Shown piece by piece: positions 21,401-28,400 of a DNA stretch of 64,000 bases (positions are counted from its first letter, which is position 1; each line of letters starts with the position of its first letter). The DNA is from an uncultured Christensenellaceae bacterium (GTDB taxonomy: Bacteria > Bacillota > Clostridia > Christensenellales > CAG-1252). Location: contig CAYMNK010000005.1 in NCBI GenBank assembly GCA_964391805.1, positions 30,701 through 94,700 of the forward strand, written 5' to 3'. The position numbers and the translations under genes are program-made. The notes under the pieces were generated by a model that saw only the letters and a program-made list of their open reading frames with translations, was not told the origin of the DNA and did no database searches.

Positions 21401-22280
21401 TTACCGACGATAAATCATTGACTGTGTTACCGCTGTTTTCGGTGTGTCCCGCCAATCCGCCCGCAAACAATTTGACGTTACGGGCGTCAATATCTTCGTC
21501 ATCTTCGGTCAACATAAGTTTATTATATGCGGAAATGCTACCGCCTATAGATATATTGGAGTTGATTATTTGCGCTCCGAGATATTGACCTGCGATACCT
21601 CCTACGTATACCTCGGTGTTTTTGCGCTGTGCATATACATAAATGGAACCGCTGTTTTTTATGGTGCAGTTCTCTATTTTTCCTGTGAATACTCCGGCTA
21701 AACCACCGCATGAAATTACTAAATTACTGTCATTATATCCATCGCCCTTTATCTCAATTCTACCGGAGAAGCAATAAGTAAGATTGGATAAAGTACCCGA
21801 AAAGGTGGAGAACAGTCCGCCGTACTTAGACTGATGATACAAAGTCTCGCCGTTTGACTGAGGTCTTTCGGCAGAAAAGGTCAACGTACGTGTTTTACCG
21901 CTGATAATGTTATTTTTACTATCTAATACGTATCCGTAAAAATTACTTTTTACAACGGTATTTTCGTTACGATTTACCCACTCGGGATCGGTTATCGTAA
22001 AATCGTGCATCAACAAGAAGTCCACAGCATCTCCGGTATATGTCAAAGCATATACAAGATGTTCGGCATTTTCTATCATATAATACGTTTTTCCGTTAAC
22101 AGAAACGACGTTTTTCATGACTTGGGGATCGCCTAATACGCCGTGCCCTACCTCTATCACCGTTCCTTCGGCGGAGGCAGTATTATCTAATACACTCGTC
22201 AGCGAAAAGATCGCACATACAAGCAATGCGATAATAACTGCACATATAAGTAAATTGTTGTTTTTAATTTTTTGCTTCAT
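3405..22280 (-). CDS. Giant surface protein 1 (6,291 aa): signal peptide, 14-15 GLUG/beta-helix adhesin modules, InlB-B-repeat-like and MBG(YGX)-like repeats, C-terminal TM anchor
   Basis: Uninterrupted 18,876-nt ORF with GGAGAAG 3 nt upstream of the ATG. It carries an N-terminal signal peptide (cleavage motif ASA|EG), 14 readable copies of F-x-G-x-F-D/N-G-x-G-x-T-I ... GLFG/GIFG, and more than 30 GG[LIV][LIVA]G-x-N (GLUG-like) motifs. The C-terminal part has repeats containing KSYDTTPDA / RSYDTDDD / GELVGSYSIIF, then a TM helix and an acidic tail. Confidence 0.95.
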   Translation of the reverse strand: MKQKIKNNNLLICAVIIALLVCAIFSLTSVLDNTASAEGTVIEVGHGVLGDPQVMKNVVSVNGKTYYMIENAEHLVYALTYTGDAVDFLLMHDFTITDPEWVNRNENTVVKSNFYGYVLDSKNNIISGKTRTLTFSAERPQSNGETLYHQSKYGGLFSTFSGTLSNLTYCFSGRIEIKGDGYNDSNLVISCGGLAGVFTGKIENCTIKNSGSIYVYAQRKNTEVYVGGIAGQYLGAQIINSNISIGGSISAYNKLMLTEDDEDIDARNVKLFAGGLAGHTENSGNTVNDLSSVTSSSITVSANVSTNDLCSVDLGDELGSLMFDWISGFLDFSSKCNTSEYIFPSGGLFGRAMNITLQGNTMTVNGTISARGHYLSSKDGAITGGIIGSVPDSGSLEINRNTISLSGMMKTTNFSKETMNKRNIQGVVYQGGLIGKVDGKINGSFHNCVFEKGTAFYTVTATSGTEQGAGSEKHGYIAGAVGSTFDSFNSGNNWIKGSISGLQYVGDDGKYGLIHDIKVYGGGWLGHTINSSGEIVFKANEQYAPFYGWFTSDANLANNNPYTDSIETRKDIVYNSGSNSEYIQYSYIPSVNKSTKTSIICVFLTSEIYTSGNMVEFAYEMNSGLNFSWIDVKMVNDITFTSGMPVINQFKGNFDGAGHSITFESGSSIVGRGNVGIFGEIANGASFVNTDIVFAGTIYAGNQDASSLDSSTVSAVLCGVNNGYISNVSLDITTAGTIKSFGKENVVGGLIGVNRSNIDGIALDRIDFNLDGRINAVGLNNTVGGLIGRSESEGYYEMINVTLSGDVVSSMAISDASDVGAYLGGFAGAITKNLYTKNTVVNVKDHSNYNNSVLTASCNHNQNTFLSLQRELAELYSSDLLDGKTAIDNILQVYFEEGGLSVAKRSKSDFERAKNELVQLSSNYDSNTESVKKTKIKGVIDIVDTFNCSATCSDCSSKASVYALVGSSSSYGVGYNNTWVMGSYAQIPSEQSGDVSTDPLPYYEGELTHSGALDKGLNTLYVRGGNAVCIMDISSSSHDNIIFTVSVDTTKVFTGWYTEFDHSVMVNDDMLISAEGITQGLRPGAQSGFAVYSSVIDSLIVDQDALNKLAVTTNAGQRYTGVKFVLGSDIIVSSYEVIGNSEENYFDGILDGKGYTVTVESFASEQKLLGLFGCLGENAIVKQLGVEYISDINENDGIFGGIVAINKGIVGSDSSSNKINATYKSTILGVRVAGGLVGINSGVVKNAEVHFVETAVGQRGKLIVQGTGRDIEADSAIVGGAVGYNKDGINTLVKNLYISTECSFGRNIANITAISSETSYAGGVVGYNASKVYSAVLKVAYETSAGTIVSDCGEGNHALLIGYNEYALTDGLWVLYAFDSTIDGFVHLTPAQNESGEFTFPLVNGEQSNDANRLVKYGYGDVKVTVYANNEVQPLGGSIVFEAVEMIPDGKTQTVPFYNYTESMTRGGVVSSTDGGSGQSFAPTIATNNKTSLKSVDYYAIFVKTEITTKDDLYDMIESVNSDFKAYANYIVNLSGQNELVLSTSDSRYSLLQSAKEFVGSFNGNGYTIRVRTDSGSSSGSKIGNALFGTISEYSSVSNFTYSVESGVVFGSSQEWNGLQAVGTLANVNKGIIENITFKSTASVIGSDSSYVGGLVGYNSGEISGIIASFDYDNTQGLEYTGKVSGYISGGIVGYNDGLVGSDRLDSVKLVINSGNLSSSVIGAYSSGGVIGVNNGRVQNVNVRIYGKVSAPAISGNSYIDESVTFELSDTAVGGVVGENLSTIVSAVCYVYKGADLYTENQGSLGIIAGVNKGIIGSDDDSVKAYNYADITSKGSAFGGIAGQSTSGSIVKSEVALYGSVSGIKYSGGAVGNNQATISDVSVYIDSNVVIDALTAVGGLVAKNEGEVSLCDVTVQGILGSASTVYTGGLLGQNNSTQISDSYVIIRNKLYSKQSGFKGLVSGYSIDLSEEAHINVWAVASNSDTLIQNGNGNVGFNTLKIVGKTNVDAEFVSGNKIKFTAAYIADSPTTWYSDISTHESFNGDGNVYIAEDGLKNASYHVCYYDLVINDSEEFLELYRNINDNDLFHGVMIKLSVTEDIVIRNTVNPIGTLEHPFSGIFEGDYTKIILQRGAISGSDYSGIFGYLSSDSIVRNLIIEVGEDFLVGSGMSNYTGVLAGRIDGTVSNVTVNAFSVPYSLRSDSYGGVLAGFVSESANLVDVWTVIYNGASDSIGIKEGSTAENKDDSVNKLSVIGLGKLGVSFTEYGKNNITFSVLSSESDNVFAYYDDWYYDISSKTTLDSLNRSDVYGAIDSRPDEGVIVYNALGGIRESAKIDKIDFTLSFIDLVIRSAEDFYEFAENVNTFGDNGAMFTLDLGKDAGNNYITELVIDMGKLTPIGTVEHPFTGVFDGLIDTDANASNACYTIRLIGDLTSDYNAYSGLFGNIGKGGTVKNIIIRADNVTENSSYRGQTFGDKKSIYTGYLAGFLSGTIENVAVVLGEKTELYNINTDSIGGLVGVFDGSASFNNVWLVLPENSDYRIVGGYKDIAGNISTDIVSSGINMPDTLYICGEGLLNITFARTDTTKPIDDLNTSIVFSLTAIADGEPVFGFISEDGSTTDRKTTLISSASSPMVGESFLAVFLNPVIRTYEDLVKLATLTNSGRSYRGIEFSQVADITIPADADYTPIGGEVSLASSTLGEYKLIEFIGKYNGNGYKIIISEDAKIDKAYSGIFGILGKGASVTNLYIELSGTIGGAETKYSGSLSAVDNGAVLKNIIVEIKKTASIVATLSASRVAVNQSITTDAYGNVTNWSEIDYAQNVWVLSYNNRFNNESNNNEQAFYDAVDSNGTFKQSGVYNGGINVITVVGAGELKIAFSTQNDTINGVNVQRTGGHAWKEWYSYVDGNKQAFNEVGNDISNITFDTSRAGLILYASFLKSEISTDEDLITLAENTNSGYDFYGLTFTLVNDVVINNPDYVGIGAVVPFNATFDGQGNRITLADGIIVKGKYAGIFGHIGEYGALKNVIIEINGEFGWTKYTEEQVALGSVNTQYAGAIAYLEGTVENVIIIGTEAQIDCSVSEDGNRYGAIAFGYDTRNLLTNTWVITKANNLNSDIGYVANIGNSSINRMKVIGMGALSLSFEITNGEYIVKMENSALDRYSVKGWYSNYSLDNQLSKALGVTANDTDVTAGDHGVYYPKTSLINRRYEVVIIDTVITEAEQLLSISLDVNKGGYTYANTDFTLGANIVLTDSEFESIGTASTPFRGSLSGYYNGNYYKITINMTKRHIDGSNISANVPLFGYNEGVIENLSVVLMNDIRLSAGDIGVIAVYNSGTISGVSVSFNENASVTIKGNVVGGISAYNYENGRIENSLVIINANTQLVGLTVGGIVGVNNGYVLGSSGGDNSQFTVWSELRGEALCGLSELASVSLLGTIEVLDGGEGSSGYGGGAIGISQDRAYVASLTVRTYQGSSIVANSKNQSIGGVVGRSNATLIDSVCIAKGTISGVEGADIGYFVGSIQGSANNSWLVVDVPTTATAIGNGYQAVNVLEVSGNGIIDSYIDGDGNVIFINITEKSGSEGGKVAEIDGWYEGNGIAVTDSIGNVDDNTFKPLNNITGRTVSVVFINLIISSVDELNVMANTVNNGLFAKSLVFTLTNDLTISENDPLISSIGKYTDNGLYGFKHVFDGLGHTITIIGNDAIKAQSYMGLFGYASSSAVIKNLNIEYSNGSFGNGETSSFGGIVALNSGSIYNCTVKIVSTATLNASRVGGVVGENTRSGEIADCEILLSGTLSASREGEYDPSVNAYAGGVVGSNLGTIKRIKANIDGRIEAGRENSLGASYAGGIVGTNSYYISNIELYISGAVISSTSSVTAYSGGFTGSNMGTIASNYVKINNSSISAASGIEQISGGLVGTNGTTITDTLLDISPDTVVSDSAIGRNKSGTSYISNVWVYNGDNKYNSRIDAVNCMTYVNIGESVSVTYRDIGDIVNNGHIVFDAIFDTERGITLFADADTDYKSVLLFDSGYLLYSENSLVLSPSGIVSGMHLIATIRREFADGSELKALSSALSYGIQPIDGEFTLANDISITGEFTAIGTSSHEFGAQFNGNYYNITFTKGTTYGSELQSLFGYSSGTIKNLAVTYQYSLSGDNSAGICVHNSGYISDSAVYTEQGMTLSNVIASGSSYNENAWLISRASIDENTVSGSNNSNKYSSIVINGNGSLVIDHNSSVLTFVPEPIDENTIFVGFTGENDDGNIAILSDSPFSTADPLYSGKNSFTAEFISDHIASRGDLLALTGVLDIGYSTFSVGKTYIMTNDLTVFADELLSLNKFRGTFLGNGNTLTITGTTSAVDNKGYVLRGENSSADALFGDLVIDVTAWADSDVEMYLLENSYLGSLTNVSVLFATSNMKLSPNDSVSWKAQGVYAVTDKELSIVTPELNDGIGLIIADCAIFPEIKEIEGVYTATAIIDNDEVFSGWYIGSIDDLNLDYIGNTSLTVELSGAKVYSISVISNSIANTDDLEKLANAVNRGFEMSEQTFKLIDDIVNIPSKIVIGNDLYSFKGTIDGQGFTMTATNALFKRFGGELRNVVIDIGSSAYLFVGVIKSAVVANMTVTTHADNAKLSVSGDLSAQNVWIIAPSVSSENVNALSVFSNISVSTYLDRMSGEIRLTVGINNSDNFLLWRDESGAVVLNDNYNMVSSNGSEIKRYSITAINEISTLKQLKAYSIAVSVGQFSGNVYLTDDITVDGAFDGVDGLKGTFYGNGKTINIQSDADITLFTSLVGTVSDLKVVYYGSGSVSINENGNLTNSVIELVGAGKALMSGTLNNAWIVKSTEIADYNSFVLSEQGALSNVFGYTLGEVVTRIDATEHTITFGFAESDEIALLGYVYDKGVSNEATFVHGITKDGETAEKLTVLAFNVNRMIDSEDAWNALVNSSVEVGSDLSGIEIVIVNDLHLTHADSLKGLHGFKGTINGNFNSLLIDVSVTGSEYDGVVSTDGDGKVINLAVEVYTSVLSVLNCNVENCWVISYVGDISTNAGLIKVVNKDGLNGHITVNSFNDHFVFNTNDQEEYKLYHWFASDGFVEGDIENNKNYILTLSDGLFTLNGNAVTDVVAEYQYSYTVYVDVYDPLSGQLLEGIRPDIIEGGAYFPVETSELVITAGLTDGYMFLGFSYEDGDGVIVYDMASNLRTLTIPDMSKLKGSIRIKAYYSLITAGFTNIIYGDKSATELNEYLSVSAEQLNLLDKLNSHLSTEIKVFRTIKSDASTLPLVTDVSLGIALPKHAGSYEVTFSIGNEESSLMIGEANFTFTISPKQLVFTSLTMVDKSYDTTPDAQIDSKTLFGFIDEDNSEYKISTLDFSNIKLIYIDPATGQAVSNAGNGYYVMITEDSYLDTNSYGYFFNVDYVLPQGEILYRYTVENGEAIKHSPYTFGIEKAKLTIDIPTITIDYLDQFSYSGGYFDINALFAKYYKVEGLKDGDDDVLTKAKLLLVDGDEIVEENGELRYVYHIKHSGSYAITPVRGALTNYNIDSVTSTARLRILPSKVKAEIEDTRIEYGNTVESLGYTIINSNGELFTITESEYSAFAEWFDLDMSYAEFVGEYLTLDIRYEYAYTDNYLQSAQLYPDGTVYGIRYRFESNLDFEYLTTGEEEPDYNENNEKVYLLNADGKLTVEKRHIVLEYTGTTSKIFASADKDISSAVRTVGSKLVSGDGITVSRADGELVGSYSIIFAVHDRDGKDITSYYEIGYANESGYSYEITKRVITISHIGSDYYYGDTSSLGNMKYSTNVASSVISTMASIFGKKDVTTLEGLGIKLKVGYFGKETLNVGKYTCEYSVTASDELKNSIEFVLDTKRSSFYVVPCKLTITTTDVTRSYDTDDDIKFGSSGNHFKVSGFVGNDSKYLEVTCTGYSGDVKAQAGTYLFRPYGCVLSVKKGNSDKEYLLDNYTIGNIIDGKYVISPVNVSLSTDLGYYKEDGTFVSYNGVLYYGDISATLHFTLNGELPEYLRAKYDEEITENSTDKERSEWLISNLAITYKSLSSYANGDSIQSGNSDNLYLRSTNQNIQVSSTAFFSVYSVAYTIKNIHIEYVYATGKLKLNAIVEVTDDYGDALEHYVFNNVIEGLEIGAKHYMSENSAFEYELEGDYSINEELTYRLILKYNTVGSWVEPAFVTIYVEQDGTKVEIDSSSTLTDDVEVIYTKADKFMIYLKEKPYVFVLGALAIIAIIVLISVGANKLYRSRRITNSAWREIIFANMLEEERAEETADNDDETELLPIDDDTDNPDTAL
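3570..3632 (-). other. C-terminal transmembrane anchor of giant 1 (YVFVLGALAIIAIIVLISVGA)
   Basis: A 21-residue hydrophobic helix is followed by NKLYRSRR (positive-inside) and a 54-aa tail rich in D/E (3408-3569). Confidence 0.8.
4370..6650 (-). repeat. MBG(YGX-type)-like repeat region of giant 1
   Basis: Repeated units contain ...K/R-S-Y-D-T..., ...SGFVGNDS..., ...AGTYLF / VGSYSII / SGSYAI..., as in adhesin MBG domains. The family assignment is by eye. Confidence 0.5.
6930..22160 (-). repeat. Array of 14-15 beta-helix/GLUG adhesin modules in giant 1 (about 300-450 aa each)
   Basis: Each module opens with a spacer such as EISTDEDLITLAENTNSGYDFYGLTFTLVNDVVI. Next comes PF-x-G-x-FDG-x-G-x-x-I, then ...YxG(L/I)FG...(V/I)xN(L/I). 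Runs of GGLVGxNxG-type turns follow. Confidence 0.7.
22170..22280 (-). other. Sec signal peptide of giant 1
   Basis: MKQKIKNNN + LLICAVIIALLVCAIFSLTSVL + DNTASA|EG shows n-, h- and c-regions with AXA. Confidence 0.75.
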
Positions 22281-22380
22281 AGTCTTCTCCTAAATAGATT
22301 ACTCTATTCTTTTTGCCATTAGCCTTCCTAATGGTCTCGGACTCGTTCGCCCTATATATTTAAAATATATAATTAGATAT

Positions 22381-22409
22381 ATTATATATTATTTATTAGT
22401 TATATTCAA
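22381..22409 (-). promoter_or_regulatory. Candidate sigma-A-type promoter for giant 1
   Basis: On the minus strand: TTGAAT (22409-22404), 17-nt spacer, TATAAT (22386-22381), about 100 nt upstream of the ATG at 22280. The -35 lies inside one arm of the 22404-22453 hairpin. Confidence 0.5.
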
Positions 22410-22453
22410 GCGTTGCTCTAATAAGATTGCTTAAAACTAAGCAACGCTTGAAT
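22404..22453 (-). other. 13-bp hairpin immediately after the giant-2 stop codon (possible terminator, attenuator or processing site)
   Basis: ATTCAAGCGTTGC (22404-22416) pairs with GCAACGCTTGAAT (22441-22453) around a 24-nt loop. An alternative 7-bp hairpin, TTGCTTA (22427-22433) with TAAGCAA (22438-22444), competes for nt 22441-22444. No clean U-tract follows on the minus strand. Confidence 0.35.
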
Positions 22454-22461
22454 AAGTTTAC

Positions 22462-25400
22462 TTAAAACTTTAATACGATGTAGCCTTCGTTACCGTTTGT
22501 CATGATACCCAACGAATGCCCTATCTGCATGGTAACGACTAATCGATATTCGTCAAGGTATTTACCAATTTCGAATTCGCCGTTTACCATTGTTTTATTG
22601 TCGCTATAAGTTATTTGTCCGACTTTAGTTTCGGTTTCGGAATTGTAAATATCTATCGTTATAAGGGTAAATACATCGATAATTTCGCCACCCTCGTTAC
22701 CGCTTAGCGTGATAATCTTATCTATAGACAAAGTCTTTTCGTTTACTATCTTAAGTCTAATCACAGCCAAATAAAGATTTAGTTCAAGATAATCGTACTC
22801 GGTCGTATTGCACATATCTTCCGTTATTCTGTCGCTTGCTTTAAACGGATGCTTCACACCGTCCGTATCTATATAGAACCACGCATAAGACACATATTCG
22901 TTAGCCTCGACCGATAAATCTACCGAGGGCAATGATAAGAATCTGCCTATACCCGAATAGTATGTATCACCATACCGTTCACCCTTTTCGTCATATAGGT
23001 AATAGTGCACCGCTTTAACTATACTGAATCGAGTCGATATTTCGCCGTCATAGTTGGCCGATACTACCTTGACTTTGGCTTGATAATCGCCTACCGCTTT
23101 AGGTGTGTTTACAGTCCACTCGCCGTCGATTAGATAAAGTATTTCGATATCGGCAATTCTTCCGCTAACATATGCCTTAATACCCTGCGCCTCACCGTTA
23201 TAAATAACACTTGTATCGGATATAACTATCTTAGACGATATGTCCGCCTTTTGAACAATGTACGTACAACTCAAAGTTTTGATGTACTCGGTTACAATAT
23301 TTTTATAGGTAACGGTGACTTCATAATAGTATCTGCCAACCTCTTTGGGAAGTTCGTTTTCCGATACTATATCGGTTTTATCTGCATTCGAATAGAAAAT
23401 ACTCGATATTATCTTCACATCGTCGGAAAGAAGTTTAACGGGTGAAATACCGCCGTCGCCGTAATAAGTCAATATATATTCGTTACCTTCGTCGTCCGTT
23501 GCATTGGTATCGAGGACGATTTTAGTGGAAATATCTTCCGAATCGATTACCACGAAATCTACCGTAATGGATTGACCGTTAAGCGTCAATTCCTCACCGT
23601 TTGAAGCGATTATTACCGCTTTAAAGGTGTATTTTGCGCCTACGTCGGTGGCAGTAATTTCAAAGCTATTCGCTTCATTTGTGCTAATATCGGTAACGAC
23701 ATCGCCGACAGTCTTGGTGAGGGGTAGCCAGTTAGCCGATATTTGCTTGCTTAGCGAATATTTGCCATATTTAACAATTACTTCAACCGTTGGCATATCG
23801 AGAGCGGTTATTTTATTACCTTGTCCGATGACGTGAACACTTCCGTCCGTAATAGCCGAAACACTTGCAATCGAAGAACTGTAAACGTGCAAAGTTATAT
23901 CCTTAGTCCATGTTATACCCTGCCCGAACATACAAGCGGTAAGGGTATAACTATCTTCGATAGATAATGACGGAACATTTTCCCATTCAACAGTAAAGAC
24001 TCGTGACGATACCGTGGTATTGCTCTTAGCATCGAATATCGTTTGATACATTTCGTTAGGCAAAGGCGATGACGAACCGCGACGAACACTATAATAATCG
24101 TTAAAACTATCCGACATTACTATTCTATCTTCTACGACGAATATCTTAACCGAAAGCACACAGCCGAAGACGTTCGCATATAGGGTATAATCGCCGTATA
24201 CCTTATTGCCGTCAACGTTACGATATAAGTCGTTTATGGACCAATCGGTGAGAGTATGCTCGCCATTGGAGTCTGTCCAAGTAAGTGTATTCCACTCGAC
24301 AGTTGTATTAAAGGACGTTCCGTCGCTAAATGTCAGCCATAAATCGTTAGGCAATACGAAGTATTCACCAAAGCCCGTGTATATATTGTCAAGCGGTTCC
24401 GTCTCTACTAAGTCGCCCTCTCTCGAAACAACATATTGAACAGTGTTCTTATGATCAAGAGTCTTCTTAGTTACCTCTACGGGTATGCTGACGGGTTGAT
24501 ACTTGCCGTAGGAATTACCTACATACAAAACTGCATAATAAATACCGCCGTCAAGATCGAGTTCAACATTTGAAAGATCCCAACCACCGCATGAGAATAG
24601 ACCGTTCTTACCGTAAGCGGATATTATGCTATCGGTAAACACAAGGTTGTTGCCAGACGCCACAACTCCGAGTTTATAATCTCTTTGCATATACTCGGAT
24701 ATGATCTTAACTTCGAATACTGCCGTAGTACCGTCGGTAAATGTTACGTTAATCAAGCCTTCGGGCAAGTTATTGGTGCCGAATTGATCGATTACAACTC
24801 CGCTCAATCCGTCTACGCTCGCTATGAGTTTTTGCGATACGTTAAGGGTGTATCTATACTCTTGATAACCGCCTCTAACCGAACCTATTTTTGCAACTAA
24901 ATCAAACACTCCGCCATAATAACTGATTGCACTACCGTCAAAGGGCTTACCGTCGCAAATATAGGTGACGCTGTAATCGAAACCGTTATAGCTTATTACA
25001 TCGGGTAATTTGTCGGAGTAAGGATCGAATTTCGACTTAAATTCGCCTGTTATTGCATCGAGATCGATTTCTCTGTTCTCAACGCAAACCGTTCTAAATT
25101 CGTTGCCGTCCTTAAGGTATACGGGTTGATATCCGCCCTTATCGGAACCGATATAGAGAATTATCCTTGCGTTGGAATTGCCTTTATAGTCGACAACATT
25201 TCCGAATTCGTCTACAAAAGCATAATCTTTAATACTCAATCCGTACTTGGCGTCTAAGGTCTTACCGCTCGATAACGTAGCCATTATTCCCTCATTATCC
25301 ATTACTACCATCTCGTGCGGGTTATAAGAGGACTCCGCAAAATACTTTTCGTACAAATCGAAGGTATTAACCAATGCGCCCGATTGTCTAATGCCCTCAA

Positions 25401-28400
25401 CCTTGGATATAATCTCCGATTCAACCTTAATACTCATGGTGAATTGGTTACCGTAAGCATCTTGGCTTACAAATCCCGCAGTATCGTTACCGATAGCAAT
25501 CTTTGCCACTACAATATTATCTAATCCTCTATAATCGTATTCGAGGTCGGAAAGCAATTTTGCGTATAACCATACTGCCTTTCCGCTGTTATTAACGCCG
25601 TTTTCATCTGCTATGTATGCCTTAACTTGCAATAAAGTGCCGTTAAGTAATATTCTGCCCTCGCTATCTATCGTCAAGGGATTAGAATATGCGGAAACAG
25701 CCGAATAGGTCGTGCCGTTATGTTCCTCTCCGTCCAATACGATACTATCGATACCTAAGATTCTATCGTCAACCTTGATAGCACATTCGGTCCACTGATA
25801 TCCGCTTCTATCGTTGCCGATACGGATAAGTGCCTTCAATTCTTTCGAACCTATAGCATACTCTTCGGTTAGTTTAAAGCCGTCAGTTTTGTCTACGCTC
25901 AATCTAAGTGCGTTATCGGTATTTCCGTTAAAGTAAACGTCTACGTAACTCGGTACAACACCCCCGAAATCGAATGGGTTGTATACGAATTCATTACCCG
26001 AATCATTCAGTGGTACGATTGACGAAACGACTCTGCTCTCCACCTTGACGGTAACAGGTATGGTCTGATATCCGCCTTGAGTATTACCTATCAATACATA
26101 GGATTGCCTATCGCAACCTAAATAATTGTAGTCGATATTTGCGTAAGACCAAAGTGCATTGAGTGTGCCCTTTTCGCCGGTTACGTAAACTACCGAGACT
26201 ATTCCTAAAGGTGTATCAGTCGAGCCGTTTAAACCGCCGTAAGGGGTGATATTTTCTATCCAATTACCCTCCGAATCGGTTTCGCCTTCAACTCGTGCTA
26301 TCGTTCTATCTGCAACCTTGAGAAGCATTTGAACCTCTTGATATCCGCCGAGCCTCGAACCTACACGCGCGGTAAGTACATAGTAACCGCCTTGATAGAA
26401 TGCCGTATTATTGTTGAGGTACTCGCTGTGACCGTAAACAACCGAATTAATGTCGTCGATCATTGCTTGGGTTACCTTTTGGGCATTGGCTATATTTGCC
26501 ATAATATCAAGCGTTCCTGCAAGTCTATTACCGGCCTCGTCCTCGAATAATACCTCAATATTAGACGGCAAAGCATTGTAATCGTACGGATCTATTTCGA
26601 ATTCGTCCTTTTCAACCGCTACAATCTTTCTGCCCTCTACCTCGACATACGCTTTGACTGTATAGTAGCCTATAGCTTCGTTACCTACTACAACATTGCG
26701 TACCTCTTGGGTAATGCCCGCAGTCGAGTAGAGATAGTTGATATCGCTCTTTGACCAGTCGGCGTTCATTGTATAGCTTCTCGATACGCACCAACAATCG
26801 CAACTGTCGCTACATACGGTACCTACGCACTTATCACATCTACACAAGTCACGTGTTACGTCGATGTAAACATAATCGTTTATGGAGCTATCCCATAAGT
26901 ACGATCCCGTTTCGGCGTTCCACGCTCTAACCTTTGCTCTGCCTATAGTAACGTTGAGCGACTCGGGCATATCTATATCGTAAGGATCTACATAAATAAT
27001 ACTTATAGACATATCTTTAAGCGACTCTACTTCGTTTATTACGCTATCAAGAGCGGTGCCGAGTGCCGAAGATGCTCTAAGTAGTGCCAACGCTTTGATG
27101 ATGTTACCTTCACCGCCTACCGTTCTTCTATCCATTCTCATACTCAATACAAGAGAATAAATTTCGTCGACATAGTTTCCGAGTGCGTTTCTATCGGTTT
27201 CCACTAAAATACTGTTACCTACATAATGAGCAACCGCCGTAAAGGATACATTCTTTACCTTATTGGCAATACTGTCTACGAGCTGATTATATTCCGCTTC
27301 GTTATCGGGTGTAATGTAACTATCGTATACCACGTCTCTACTTACCTTGTATACCTTAAACGTAAAGGTTTGATATCCGTATGCCGAATTACCGAGAGTG
27401 ATGCTTGCGGTATCTCCGTTCTTAGTCCAACTTACAACCTTGGATAGTACGCTCTCGTTGCTTACGCTCGATTCGGCAAATCCGAAGTATAAAACGTTGG
27501 GATAACTCGATTGACCAAAGACATCGTCTACAATATACTTCAAAGGCTCGTTGTCGGCACTGTCGATGTAATTCGTGTAAATTGCGGGTGTTGTCACAGC
27601 TTCGCCATTAACTATGGTTACGTTGGTGCTGACCTTACGGTTAAGCACTATGGTTCTATATTCTAATGTGATGTAACCGACTTTCGGCGTACCTACCTCG
27701 AGAATTGCACCTGTAGTGCCGTTATTATTGCCCGAGTAGAAATCTTTACCGTTATAGTCAACGTTGATTATACTATCGAACAACCAAGAAGCACTCAAAC
27801 TTCTCGTAGTGCCGTCTTGAGCAAAGTACGCAGTAAGGGTATCCGATACAACGTCTCTAACGTATATACGCTCGATAGCACTATTAGAAAGGTAACTCGT
27901 AACAGTAACCAATTCTATAGTTTGCTCTAACGGATCGATTTCAAAGTAACTGCTGTCTCTCGTATATACGACACCGTCTATTTCATAGGTAAATCCGCTT
28001 GTGGATAACTTCCCGTCTACCATTCCCGCAACAATGTCGTTACCGTTATATAGTGCGGTAATACTCTTATCCATTACGTTGACCTTGACGGGGAATACCT
28101 GATATCCGCCTATATTGTTACCTATTCTTGCGTGTATGGATGCATCGCTATTGTCTACATCTCTACCTAACACAAAGATATCATAATCCTTGTCCGTCCA
28201 CTCGACAGCCATAGAGCCTTCTTGACCGTCCTTAAACAATATAGTTACCGTGCTTGTCAAATCTTCGGTGCTAAACGGATCTACCGTTATTTCGGCGGGA
28301 ATTAATCTCTCAATTTCTCTATTCAATACCCTAACCGTTACGTCATAATACTGATAACCGATACGAGAGTTGCCTACCGCGGCGGTTACTGTATATTCTT

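Noticed and set aside
4711-21701. About 30 plus-strand ORFs of 60-170 aa inside giant 1 (for example 13155-13667, 15891-16379, 11173-11649).
   Set aside because: All are antisense to an 18.9-kb ORF with clear domain content. Their products are low-complexity (S/P/T/L/I-rich) mirror translations with no start signals. This is typical shadow-ORF behaviour on the strand opposite a long gene.
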